Virus record (IMG/VR): IMGVR_UViG_3300047375_000921
Span: 1 to 24,178 of that record
Strand: one strand, 5' to 3'
Origin: a virus
Lineage: Duplodnaviria; Caudoviricetes
DNA length: 24,178 nucleotides
Part shown: in pieces, positions 1 through 7,630 of the stretch
Layout: every line of letters starts with the position of its first letter
How positions within the stretch are numbered: the first letter of the stretch is position 1
Notes under the pieces: model-generated
The model's database searches: none
Told to the model about the DNA's origin: nothing
The model's input: only the letters and a program-made list of their open reading frames with translations
Made by a program: the position numbers and the translations under genes

Positions 1-545
1 CCGTAGTAAACTGCTTCAACAAGATCTGCAAGGTCACTTTCACAACTGCCAAATCTCAATTTCTCTGCATCAAATTCTTCGTCGGTATCTAAGAACCAAA
101 CTGCAAACGTACCTTTCTCTGAACTGTGGAATGCTAATACAGGCACTGTTTGGTCTGCATATTCCTCACTAATTTCATCTGAACTATAACATTCTCTGCT
201 GTACATGTGAGTAGGTTCAACAGTGATTTCATTTTCCCATGCCCAATCATCTGAACCGTCAGTTGGTACAGGGATAATTGTCCAAGTGCCATCTGAGTAT
301 GTGCCATTTTGATGTTCAAGGTCATCAACGTCATGCCAGTAACTGTCTAACATAGGTGGTGCATCAGGATTCTGTAATGCATCCTCTGGTTCTTCATCAC
401 TGTAATCATCAAAATCTGTTACTGCTTCTATGAGGTCTTCTTGATCCTCATGTTTCCAGTACTCTACAAATGCTTCTGATACTTCCCCGATGGTTAATTC
501 ACCACCGTAGTTGCCTGCTTCAATTCTATATCTATATTTTGCCAT
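1..545 (-). CDS. Acidic phage hypothetical protein, runs off the left edge (MAKYRYRIEAGNYGGELTIGEV...)
   Basis: Hand-translated open frame from ATG at 543-545 to the window edge with no stop; AAGGAG SD upstream; start overlaps the upstream TGA. Not in the ORF track. Confidence 0.85.
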   Translation of the reverse strand, partial: MAKYRYRIEAGNYGGELTIGEVSEAFVEYWKHEDQEDLIEAVTDFDDYSDEEPEDALQNPDAPPMLDSYWHDVDDLEHQNGTYSDGTWTIIPVPTDGSDDWAWENEITVEPTHMYSRECYSSDEISEEYADQTVPVLAFHSSEKGTFAVWFLDTDEEFDAEKLRFGSCESDLADLVEAVYY

Positions 546-1045
546 CATAAACTCCTTGGTATAACTCTAATTCCGGATGAGCAAGTATTATAACGTGAAT
601 ACTTGTTTGTGTCAAGAAAACCTGTTACCCAAACTGCATCACCTTTCTGATATTGTAAATTTGGATCTACTTCTTGAATTATACTTCGTGCTTTGCCTTT
701 GACTTCTATGATCAATTCAATACCATTTCTATCTTTGGATTTGCTAACAGCATTACCAACAGCATCACCTATAACTGCTCCTGCAAGTGTGGCTACTAAT
801 TGTGTTGCATCGTTCTCATCTTCTGTTGCTTCATTGGCTATATATCCGCCAATGCCTGCACCAACTGTTTTTGATGTTTGTCTACTTTCTTCTAACGTTA
901 CATTAAGTAGATCAATTATTGTGCCTGCGGTTACAGGGCATGAGTCTCTGGCATCACCAATGCTTGGAGCAGTTGGTGTGTAAGAGTTGCCAGTGGCACA
1001 TGCCTGTAATAACATTACTAAACTGATAGTGAATAATTTGTTCAT
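545..1045 (-). CDS. SlyB/Pcp-like glycine-zipper outer-membrane lipoprotein
   Basis: Start MNKLFTISLVMLLQAC with lipobox LQAC; glycine zipper GAGIGG...GAVIGDAVG; C-terminal IIQE...GDAV segment; ATGA overlap with the metK stop. Confidence 0.75.
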   Translation of the reverse strand: MNKLFTISLVMLLQACATGNSYTPTAPSIGDARDSCPVTAGTIIDLLNVTLEESRQTSKTVGAGIGGYIANEATEDENDATQLVATLAGAVIGDAVGNAVSKSKDRNGIELIIEVKGKARSIIQEVDPNLQYQKGDAVWVTGFLDTNKYSRYNTCSSGIRVIPRSL

Positions 1046-2139
1046 AGTGCTAAATTTATTTCTTCCCATGGTAATCCATTGTTCTTGCCAAAGTGTCCAT
1101 ATACTGTTGTTTGTGTGAGGTCTAATGAAAATAGATCAAACCTATCAACAATACCTTTGGGTGTTAAGTCTACTTTAGAGCAAATCAAATCTGCTAAGTC
1201 GGTTCTAACTTCACCGTCAGCATATACATAAACACTGGTTGGTTCTTTAACACCAATAGCATAACTTAATTGTACTGTGCAATTTTCTGCTTTACCTGAT
1301 GCTACAATGTTCTTTGCCAAATAGCGAGCCATATATGCGGCTGATCGGTCGACTTTAGTACAGTCCTTACCGCTAAATGCACCCCCACCATGTGGAGCAT
1401 ACCCGCCATAAGTATCAACAATAATTTTACGTCCAGTAAGTCCAGTGTCTCCATCTGGTCCTCCTATTACAAATCTGCCTGTTGGGTTAATTAAAAATTC
1501 TGTGTCTTTGAGATCGTAATCTGTAATCTCTTCTCTGATAATTTGTTCAACCCTATCACGTACCATTTGTGTGCTTACATCATCGCTATGCTGTGTGCTA
1601 CACACAATCTTAGTAATTGCTTCTGGTTGATTAGTTCCGCTGTATCTGAATGTAACCTGTGCTTTGCTGTCAGGTCCTAACCATTCTTCGCCATTTTCTC
1701 TTTCAATTTGCAGTCTGTGTAGGATCTTATGACTGTAGTAAATAGCACTTGGCATGTAACGGTCTGTTTCTTTACATGCATAGCCAAACATAAGTCCTTG
1801 ATCACCTGCACCAAAATCATCTGTGCCTAATGCAATGTCTGGTGATTGTCCGTGTAATTCATTATAAACTTTTAGATTTTCCCAATGGAAACCTTCCTGT
1901 TCATAACCAATCTCTTTTACTACAGCACGAATAATCTCTTCGATCACTGATTTGTTAAACTTATCACTTTTGTATTCACCTGCAACTGTGACCATATTTG
2001 TTGTTACCAATGTTTCAATTGCGGCTCTATGATTAATATTGCCGTCAATCAAATATGTTGCTATAGCATCAGAAATTAAATCTGCTACTTTGTCTGGGTG
2101 TCCAATGCTTACACTCTCACTTGTAAATTCATAACTCAT
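1042..2139 (-). CDS. metK: S-adenosylmethionine synthetase
   Basis: Motifs FTSESV, GHPDK, GAGDQG, GRKIIVDTYGG, GGGAFSGKD, YGHFG; start moved to MSYEFTSE, which has an AAGGA SD. Confidence 0.97.
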   Translation of the reverse strand: MSYEFTSESVSIGHPDKVADLISDAIATYLIDGNINHRAAIETLVTTNMVTVAGEYKSDKFNKSVIEEIIRAVVKEIGYEQEGFHWENLKVYNELHGQSPDIALGTDDFGAGDQGLMFGYACKETDRYMPSAIYYSHKILHRLQIERENGEEWLGPDSKAQVTFRYSGTNQPEAITKIVCSTQHSDDVSTQMVRDRVEQIIREEITDYDLKDTEFLINPTGRFVIGGPDGDTGLTGRKIIVDTYGGYAPHGGGAFSGKDCTKVDRSAAYMARYLAKNIVASGKAENCTVQLSYAIGVKEPTSVYVYADGEVRTDLADLICSKVDLTPKGIVDRFDLFSLDLTQTTVYGHFGKNNGLPWEEINLAL

Positions 2140-2153
2140 AATTTTTCCTTTGA

Positions 2154-2528
2154 TTAAGATTTGCTCCATTCTGCGTCCTGCTGTTGAGGACTAATTTGTA
2201 CAACATCATCTGCTGTTTCGATACCTTCTATGAAATACATCCACGAGTCGCCACGTGTTGTTTTAACTTTTTTACGGTTATAGAAATTAGGATATCCTTC
2301 GATGCCATCCAATACCTTCATGGTTGCTTTGTTGACGTCCCACACTTCACCCACAATGTTTTGTTTACCTTTGATGCTTACTGCAGGAAAGGCACCTAAG
2401 TCATATAGTGCGTATGTGGAATCTACTGTTGTTGCGGTACCAACAAATTTAGAGCCTTCTCCAAAGAAGTCTAATCCTCTAATGTTGTTACCTTTTTTTA
2501 AAGTTCCGTATACAAATACTTTAGCCAT
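2154..2528 (-). CDS. Gamma-glutamylcyclotransferase (AIG2-like) family protein
   Basis: VFVYGTLK N-terminal motif, GEVW, and LDxIEG carrying the catalytic Glu. Confidence 0.88.
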   Translation of the reverse strand: MAKVFVYGTLKKGNNIRGLDFFGEGSKFVGTATTVDSTYALYDLGAFPAVSIKGKQNIVGEVWDVNKATMKVLDGIEGYPNFYNRKKVKTTRGDSWMYFIEGIETADDVVQISPQQQDAEWSKS

Positions 2529-2733
2529 TTAATTTTTCTTCGAGTGTTTTAATGCGTTGATTCATTACTGTTAATAATCTACTGCTATCTGCATCCATGG
2601 GCACTGCTTGGCTTGTTATAGCCATGCCTTCCAACTCGTCGATTCTGGCGTTGAGATCAGCAATAATTATGTTCTTGTCGTTAAGCACTTCAAGTAATTC
2701 TGCCTTTGTCATCTGCGTGGTACTCTTTTTCAT
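2521..2733 (-). CDS. Small coiled-coil hypothetical protein
   Basis: 70-aa ORF overlapping the next gene; heptad-like Leu pattern. Confidence 0.7.
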   Translation of the reverse strand: MKKSTTQMTKAELLEVLNDKNIIIADLNARIDELEGMAITSQAVPMDADSSRLLTVMNQRIKTLEEKLNG

Positions 2734-2788
2734 ACTACTACTTAGTTCCTATGTGTGGTTAACAGTTGTTTTATTGAATTAGCACACA

Positions 2789-3154
2789 TTATACAAATTC
2801 CTTGAGGACAGTTATAATTATTTTACCGTACTTGGTAAAGAATCCAACTTCATCATTGATTGCTAAGCCTGAATGGGCGGCAATAATTTGTGCTGTTTCA
2901 GTGTCTAATAGAGAACCTACAACTACCACAAACCCTATGGTTGATAATAATTGTATACTTCTATCATGTGCGATAAGGCCGTACACTATAAAGCATACAG
3001 TACCTGTGAATATTAGTCCCAGTGATGCTAACAGCATTTCCTCTGAACTAATTGTAAGTTGCATAGAAAGACCAACAGCAACAAAAACAGTTGCCACCCA
3101 CTTAACCACATTTGAAATGCTGTTAAGTAAATTTTGTTTTTGCTTCTTAGTCAT
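2789..3154 (-). CDS. Membrane protein, DUF6552-like
   Basis: Three hydrophobic segments; KWVA...HDRSI resembles KWIA...WRDRAL of 16686-16985. Confidence 0.6.
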   Translation of the reverse strand: MTKKQKQNLLNSISNVVKWVATVFVAVGLSMQLTISSEEMLLASLGLIFTGTVCFIVYGLIAHDRSIQLLSTIGFVVVVGSLLDTETAQIIAAHSGLAINDEVGFFTKYGKIIITVLKEFV

Positions 3155-3501
3155 TATGCACTTTGCGTTTGTTTGTATTCAGCCATTGCTTCTTTGATCA
3201 TAGTCCTAAACTCGCCCATCAAACTCCAAGCATTGTAATCGCCTGTTGCTTGAATGTCAAATCCGTAACCTGACTTAGTCGGCTTACCTGCTCTGAACTC
3301 TTCTGTTACATAACCAAACACTACCTTGTAGTATTTGTTCTCATAAAAGTTACCACGGTTATCTCCGCTGATCCAAAATGCATCATTGTTATTAGCAACC
3401 GGAGTTAACTTAGCACCTGTGCAATGCACAAGGAACTTCTTCATTTGCTCTGTGGTCTGAATGTCAGAAGCAAGAACAGTTGTATTTCTATCCTTAATCA
3501 T
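3154..3501 (-). CDS. Phage hypothetical protein
   Basis: 115-aa ORF with TAATG coupling on both sides. Confidence 0.75.
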   Translation of the reverse strand: MIKDRNTTVLASDIQTTEQMKKFLVHCTGAKLTPVANNNDAFWISGDNRGNFYENKYYKVVFGYVTEEFRAGKPTKSGYGFDIQATGDYNAWSLMGEFRTMIKEAMAEYKQTQSA

Positions 3502-3872
3502 TATACATTCCTCACAACGTTTTCGTTACCATGGTCGATAATGTTACCGTTCTCATCTCTACCAGGTGATGATGAAGCATGAATAATGCTGTCAAAATCT
3601 CTAACGTTGATACCAGTTCTGTTAAAAACACTGTCAATAACTCTGTCTCTCATAATCTTCATATGAGGAACATTAATACTTACAGGGTATTCAGAACCTT
3701 CTGGGTGGTCTACATTCTCTTCATGACTGTACCACATTTCTTCAAGTGCTGTAAGTTGAATATTAGCACTATCATCATTGTTTGCATTATAGCAAGTCAA
3801 TGACCCGATATGGTAACCTGGTATAGATACAATCTTGTCCGGGTTTTGGTTTGTTGTGTTAACGTTTTGCAT
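3501..3872 (-). CDS. Phage early hypothetical protein
   Basis: Start reassigned to MQNVNTT, preceded by AGGAG; lies behind an early promoter. Confidence 0.75.
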   Translation of the reverse strand: MQNVNTTNQNPDKIVSIPGYHIGSLTCYNANNDDSANIQLTALEEMWYSHEENVDHPEGSEYPVSINVPHMKIMRDRVIDSVFNRTGINVRDFDSIIHASSSPGRDENGNIIDHGNENVVRNV

Positions 3873-3907
3873 AAAATCTCCTACTACTTTATTTAAACTA
3901 TACATAT

Positions 3908-3935
3908 ATTATAACAAATTTCTGCGATCTGTCAA
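3908..3935 (-). promoter_or_regulatory. Sigma70-type early promoter
   Basis: TTGACA-gatcgcagaaatttgt-TATAAT; 16-nt spacer, extended -10 TG. Confidence 0.85.
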
Positions 3936-3966
3936 CCGTTTTAGGCTAACAAATCGCATGTTATAA

Positions 3967-4377
3967 TTACATACTCCAATAAGATTCGCTTAGTGGTGAC
4001 AAGTAGTGAGGTTGATTAATACCTTCAGTTACAGTAATTTTCTTACCAGTACCCGGACAAGTACCTGTTCTGGTAATCATCGGCTCTTTGTACTCTGCTA
4101 AAGGAACAACCTTATAGTTGTTTACATCAGCACGGTGAGTTCTGCCTAACGCCTTATCAGTTGCGTCTCTGAAGTGGTTATAGTAAGGTGAGTAAAACTC
4201 TGACTTACCAGACTTGACAACTGCTTTTACATCAGCAATTGCTTTGTTATAGAACTTGATAGTTCTTGTGATTCCTGCCTTAGCCGCACCAGCACTTTTG
4301 TACTCGGTACTTGCATAAGATCTTTTGCTTGGCTCTCTGTGGATTGAACCGTTCTTCTTATTTACTATTACAAACAT
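3967..4377 (-). CDS. Phage early hypothetical protein (basic)
   Basis: Start reassigned to MFVIVNKK, preceded by AGGAG; lies behind an early promoter. Confidence 0.75.
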   Translation of the reverse strand: MFVIVNKKNGSIHREPSKRSYASTEYKSAGAAKAGITRTIKFYNKAIADVKAVVKSGKSEFYSPYYNHFRDATDKALGRTHRADVNNYKVVPLAEYKEPMITRTGTCPGTGKKITVTEGINQPHYLSPLSESYWSM

Positions 4378-4412
4378 AAAAACTCCTACCTTTTTATTTA
4401 ATCTATACATAT

Positions 4413-4440
4413 ATTATAGCAAATTTTGAGGATCTGTCAA
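4413..4440 (-). promoter_or_regulatory. Sigma70-type early promoter
   Basis: TTGACA-gatcctcaaaatttgc-TATAAT; near-duplicate of 3908-3935 including the leader. Confidence 0.85.
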
Positions 4441-4511
4441 CCTTTTTTATGTGTGTAAGTCATTGATTATACAGTCATTCTGTAATCAGTTAACGTTCCT
4501 GTTAATGATGA

Positions 4512-4628
4512 TAAATAATTCTGTAACATAATTGTAACATTACAGTTGCAAAAACGTAACAGTGCCCTTTAGGGTTAAAGTTACATGCATTTGTAATACA
4601 GTTTGGTTACCAAATTAAGGAGAATAAA
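4512..4628 (+). promoter_or_regulatory. Late-type promoter (TAAATA) plus structured leader with 11-bp-phased GTAACA repeats
   Basis: TAAATA 4512-4517; GTAACA at 4523, 4534 and 4556, GTTGCA at 4545; nested inverted repeats 4540-4597; AAGGAG SD. Confidence 0.55.
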
Positions 4629-4760
4629 ATGGCGAATCCATTAGGAATAGTAGCCAGATTAACTCGTCCATTACGTGACACGGCATCTGACTACTTCGAA
4701 AAATTTGACTCTATAATGAAATCCGGACATATGGAAAACATATTGCCTCGAGTTTCATAA
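4629..4760 (+). CDS. 43-aa microprotein (MANPLGIVARLTRPLRDTASDYFEKFDSIMKSGHMENILPRVS)
   Basis: AAGGAG SD, its own promoter and a terminator directly downstream. Below the ORF-track cutoff. Confidence 0.75.
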   Translation: MANPLGIVARLTRPLRDTASDYFEKFDSIMKSGHMENILPRVS

Positions 4761-4772
4761 TTTAGTTGACAT

Positions 4773-4800
4773 AAAAAAAGGGCCTCAATGGCCCTTTTTT
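4773..4800. terminator. Bidirectional intrinsic terminator
   Basis: A7-GGGCC-tcaat-GGCCC-T6 between two convergent small genes. Confidence 0.9.
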
Positions 4801-4806
4801 GTTACC

Positions 4807-4971
4807 TTAAGGATAAAACGGATTATCTGTGATATACGCAGGCCATTCAGTGTCTACTTTCTTTTGTTTTTCAACATGCGGAAAGTGGTATAGTCTTGCC
4901 ATAGCCTTTTTATTCTTTAGGGTTCTTTTGATAGCACGTTTGAGTTGTGCTACTTCTTGATACTTAGTCAT
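4807..4971 (-). CDS. 54-aa basic protein under tandem glutamine riboswitch control
   Basis: Start MTKYQEVAQLKR with GGAG 5 nt upstream; the longer track start lies inside the aptamer. Confidence 0.8.
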   Translation of the reverse strand: MTKYQEVAQLKRAIKRTLKNKKAMARLYHFPHVEKQKKVDTEWPAYITDNPFYP

Positions 4972-4989
4972 GTCATCTCCAATAGAGAT

Positions 4990-5037
4990 GCGTTCCTTCG
5001 GCTTCATTGCCTACTTCCGTCTGTTTCCAGATGAACG
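4990..5037 (-). ncRNA. Glutamine riboswitch aptamer (glnA motif), copy 2
   Basis: CGUUC-A-UCUG(GAAA)CAGA-CGGAAGUA-GGC(AAUGAA)GCC-GAAG-GAACG-C; three-way junction with AGUA/GAA E-loop. Confidence 0.88.
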
Positions 5038-5044
5038 TAACAAT

Positions 5045-5093
5045 GCGTTCCTTCGTCTACTGACTACTTCCGTTCACTTAGAGTGAATGAACG
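5045..5093 (-). ncRNA. Glutamine riboswitch aptamer (glnA motif), copy 1
   Basis: CGUUC-A-UUCAC(UCUAA)GUGAA-CGGAAGUA-GUC(AGUA)GAC-GAAG-GAACG-C; core identical to copy 2, while P2 and P3 differ in sequence but still pair. Confidence 0.88.
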
Positions 5094-5114
5094 ATGTAAT
5101 TTGCATTACACAAA

Positions 5115-5120
5115 TATTTA
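5115..5120 (-). promoter_or_regulatory. Late-type promoter for the riboswitch transcript
   Basis: gaTAAATA, followed after 4 nt by the hairpin UGUAAU-GCAA-AUUACA (5095-5110). Confidence 0.6.
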
Positions 5121-5705
5121 TCATTTATAGTAAGCATTATCCTTGTTAGAGTGATCAGTAACATCTAATACACCCTTTAGCTCTGGTATGCTTTCAAGTA
5201 ATGTGTTCTCAACACCATGCTTTAGTGTTAGGTCCACTTGGGCACATCCTTGGCACCCACCACCAAAACTCAATACTGCTACATCGTCTTTGGTAATTTC
5301 TACAAGATTAACTTCTCCGCTGTGTGCGGCAAGTCCTGGGTTTACTTCATTCCACAATAGATAATTGACTTTGTCTTGTAATGTTGCATCTTCTCCCAAC
5401 TTAGTCATCTTGCTGTTTGGTGCTTTGATTGTTAGTGTACCTGACCCTAACTCTGTGTTGAAGTCTACTAATGCTTCTTCTAAAAACTTAATGCAGTCGT
5501 TGTGCAAATACACTGCAAGTTTACCATGCTCTTCGAGTGTTACATCTGCAGGTGGATTGTCTGCTTTCACGTATGTCAGTATGGTTTCTGCTTTAGGTGT
5601 TCCTGGGTTGTCCACAAACATCCTAACACCAATCGTGTTCTCTTGTTTTTCTAATAGGTTAACTAAAAAGTCTTGTGCAGATTCGCTGACTGTGATTGTA
5701 TTCAT
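5121..5705 (-). CDS. nfuA: Fe-S biogenesis carrier NfuA
   Basis: N-terminal degenerate A-type domain (NPGTP, LTIKAPN) and C-terminal Nfu domain (NPGLAAHSG, FGGGCQGC, DVTDH). Confidence 0.93.
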   Translation of the reverse strand: MNTITVSESAQDFLVNLLEKQENTIGVRMFVDNPGTPKAETILTYVKADNPPADVTLEEHGKLAVYLHNDCIKFLEEALVDFNTELGSGTLTIKAPNSKMTKLGEDATLQDKVNYLLWNEVNPGLAAHSGEVNLVEITKDDVAVLSFGGGCQGCAQVDLTLKHGVENTLLESIPELKGVLDVTDHSNKDNAYYK

Positions 5706-6151
5706 GTTTGATCCTTTTGTATATAAAATGTTTCTATGGAACTCTTCTCTAAGAATTCACTGCCTGTTCCTTTTGCGGCATCGTATTTTTTACTATAGTA
5801 TACTTTACTTATGCCTGCTTGGTGAATTAATTTAGCACATTCGATACAAGGTTCGTGTGTGCAGAACAACGTTGCGTTTGTACTGCTTTCATTACTTTGT
5901 GCTACTTTGGCTATGGCGTTTGCTTCTGCATGTAATACCTCAGGCCTTGATTTCATTTCGTAGCCGCCATCCTCATACTGGTATTCATCTTCGCATCTAT
6001 TATCCCATCCACTGGGCATACCATTATATCCAATGCTTATAATACGATTGTCCTTTACAATGATTGCACCTACTTGGGCACGTTTGGCACTGCTAAGTTG
6101 TGCAAATCTTTCTGCTACATCGAGGAATGCATCTACATATTTTAGTTTCAT
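5702..6151 (-). CDS. dCMP deaminase
   Basis: GYNG, HAEANAI and PCIEC zinc motifs. Confidence 0.93.
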   Translation of the reverse strand: MKLKYVDAFLDVAERFAQLSSAKRAQVGAIIVKDNRIISIGYNGMPSGWDNRCEDEYQYEDGGYEMKSRPEVLHAEANAIAKVAQSNESSTNATLFCTHEPCIECAKLIHQAGISKVYYSKKYDAAKGTGSEFLEKSSIETFYIQKDQT

Positions 6152-6315
6152 TTCTGTTCTCTTTTAATATTTTTTATAGTTATATCCGTTCCTGGTATCT
6201 TGCCTTGTGCTATCCATTCCAAACATTTACCACATTTTGTTCCACACACTTTTATTAGTTCTGGTTTATCTTTGAGCATAGAATCTGTAATTTGATTACA
6301 GATGCAAACATACAC
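6148..6315 (-). CDS. bfd: Bacterioferritin-associated ferredoxin-like [2Fe-2S] protein, 55 aa
   Basis: Hand translation from GTG: MYVCICNQITDSMLKDKPELIKVCGTKCGKCLEW...; CxC...CGKC as in Bfd; coupled to both neighbours. Not in the ORF track. Confidence 0.8.
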   Translation of the reverse strand: MYVCICNQITDSMLKDKPELIKVCGTKCGKCLEWIAQGKIPGTDITIKNIKREQK

Positions 6316-6524
6316 TACTTTACCCCAAATCTACTATACTTGTACCATGCTCTTTCGTGCCAATAGTACAACACCATTTTTGTTAAAACTTCTATGCTGG
6401 CAATACTTGCCGCAAATGAAAACGTGCCTGTGATAATCCATGCAATAATAAATGTATCAGTTGTTGCAAGAACACGCCATGTTAATGTTTTTGCTAAATG
6501 ACGTTTCTTGGAAATACTTTTCAT
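6315..6524 (-). CDS. DUF2061 family small membrane protein
   Basis: RHLAKTLTWR...YYWHERAW signature. Confidence 0.85.
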   Translation of the reverse strand: MKSISKKRHLAKTLTWRVLATTDTFIIAWIITGTFSFAASIASIEVLTKMVLYYWHERAWYKYSRFGVK

Positions 6525-7165
6525 TAGTATTTGTAACCTACATTAAAACTCAATACGTTATTGCTCTCAGGATCTTGTGTGTATCTATTTCTAAGACCAA
6601 CTGTTAAATTAGTACCAATTAAATATGTAATATCAGTCTCACTTTTTAAGTATGTTTCTGTGCCTGATTCAAACAATAGTTTATTAGATACTTCAAGTGC
6701 ATCAGATAACTTATATGAGGATGTAATATTTTGTCTAAATATTGCTTCATCAACAAAGTCGTTTGTTAACAATGCAATAGAACTCTCTGTGCTTAATTTA
6801 AAGTTTTCTGTGCTATACCAGTTGTAACCTACACCGCTACCAAACACAGTCCTATCACCTGAGCTTCTAAATTTATCTGTGTCGTAACTGGTGATTGCAA
6901 ATGCATAAAATTCTTCACTGAACTTGTAATTGTATTTTCCCACTGTGTTAAACTTGTCTAACTTAACAACGTTATCGCTTTCCTTATAAGTGTAGTCTAC
7001 AGATACATTAAACGATTCCCATTTCTGATCCCAACTTGCATTAAATGTACTGTCAGTGTCATTTACAAATGTTCCACCCACTTTGATATTGCCTGTTGCG
7101 TTTACTTCCCAAGTAAACAGCATACCTAATACAATAGCAAAAATTATAGTTATTTTTCTTTTCAT
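6524..7165 (-). CDS. Outer-membrane beta-barrel protein, DUF481-like
   Basis: Start MKRKITIIF (ATGA overlap) with signal peptide ending VNA; alternating amphipathic strands; YDTDKF, GSGVGY; C-terminal FNVGYKY beta-signal. Confidence 0.75.
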   Translation of the reverse strand: MKRKITIIFAIVLGMLFTWEVNATGNIKVGGTFVNDTDSTFNASWDQKWESFNVSVDYTYKESDNVVKLDKFNTVGKYNYKFSEEFYAFAITSYDTDKFRSSGDRTVFGSGVGYNWYSTENFKLSTESSIALLTNDFVDEAIFRQNITSSYKLSDALEVSNKLLFESGTETYLKSETDITYLIGTNLTVGLRNRYTQDPESNNVLSFNVGYKY

Positions 7166-7593
7166 CCTTTGTACCTCTCGGATAAGTATTGTTCGTGTTG
7201 TTTCCACTCCCCGTTGTCTATGAATCCCCACTCTCTTACTGATGGACCGGGAATGAATAAAGTCCATACATCAGTGCCAGGCTCCAACTCAATGCGGTGA
7301 AGGCTACGACTGCCAGCAAAGCGGACAGTTCCGGGTGATTGCCACTTTCGCTCGCCAGTTGGTTGATGCTCCCAATACCCACCTTTAAGGATAATAGTGC
7401 AATAAGGCCAAGGATGGTCATGTAAATCATCTGGATCTCCTTTATGAAAGTTGTGTAAAAATATATTAAATGGGAACCACTTGCGTTCTTTAATGAACAA
7501 GTAGTATCTGGTTAGATATGGCTCATTGCTGAGTCTATCCATTATTACTCTTTTGCGACCCAATCGGTCTAAAAGTCTTAGTAAGATTTTCAT
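7162..7593 (-). CDS. Cupin-fold phage protein
   Basis: HDHPW...GGYWE...HRIEL...WGF metal-binding cupin pattern. Confidence 0.75.
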   Translation of the reverse strand: MKILLRLLDRLGRKRVIMDRLSNEPYLTRYYLFIKERKWFPFNIFLHNFHKGDPDDLHDHPWPYCTIILKGGYWEHQPTGERKWQSPGTVRFAGSRSLHRIELEPGTDVWTLFIPGPSVREWGFIDNGEWKQHEQYLSERYKG

Positions 7594-7599
7594 AGTGAT

Positions 7600-7627
7600 A
7601 TTATAGCACTTATAGAGTGCTTGTCAA
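7600..7627 (-). promoter_or_regulatory. Sigma70-type early promoter, probably giving a leaderless mRNA
   Basis: TTGACA-agcactctataagtgc-TATAAT, then 6 nt to ATG with no SD. Confidence 0.8.
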
Positions 7628-7630
7628 GTA

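Noticed and set aside
134-334. 66-aa track ORF
   Set aside because: Alternative frame inside the longer SD-supported ORF 1-545.
3873-4410. Shared N-termini MYSLNKVVGDF / MYRLNKKVGVF as a common peptide tag
   Set aside because: This is the translation of the duplicated leader containing the AGGAG SD; the true starts are more likely the next Met.
4766-4771. TTGACA on the plus strand
   Set aside because: No -10 element at a usable distance; it abuts the terminator.
4988-5093. Direct repeats resembling a mini-CRISPR
   Set aside because: Only two units, the variable parts are short self-pairing stems, and no cas genes are present; fully explained by tandem riboswitch aptamers.
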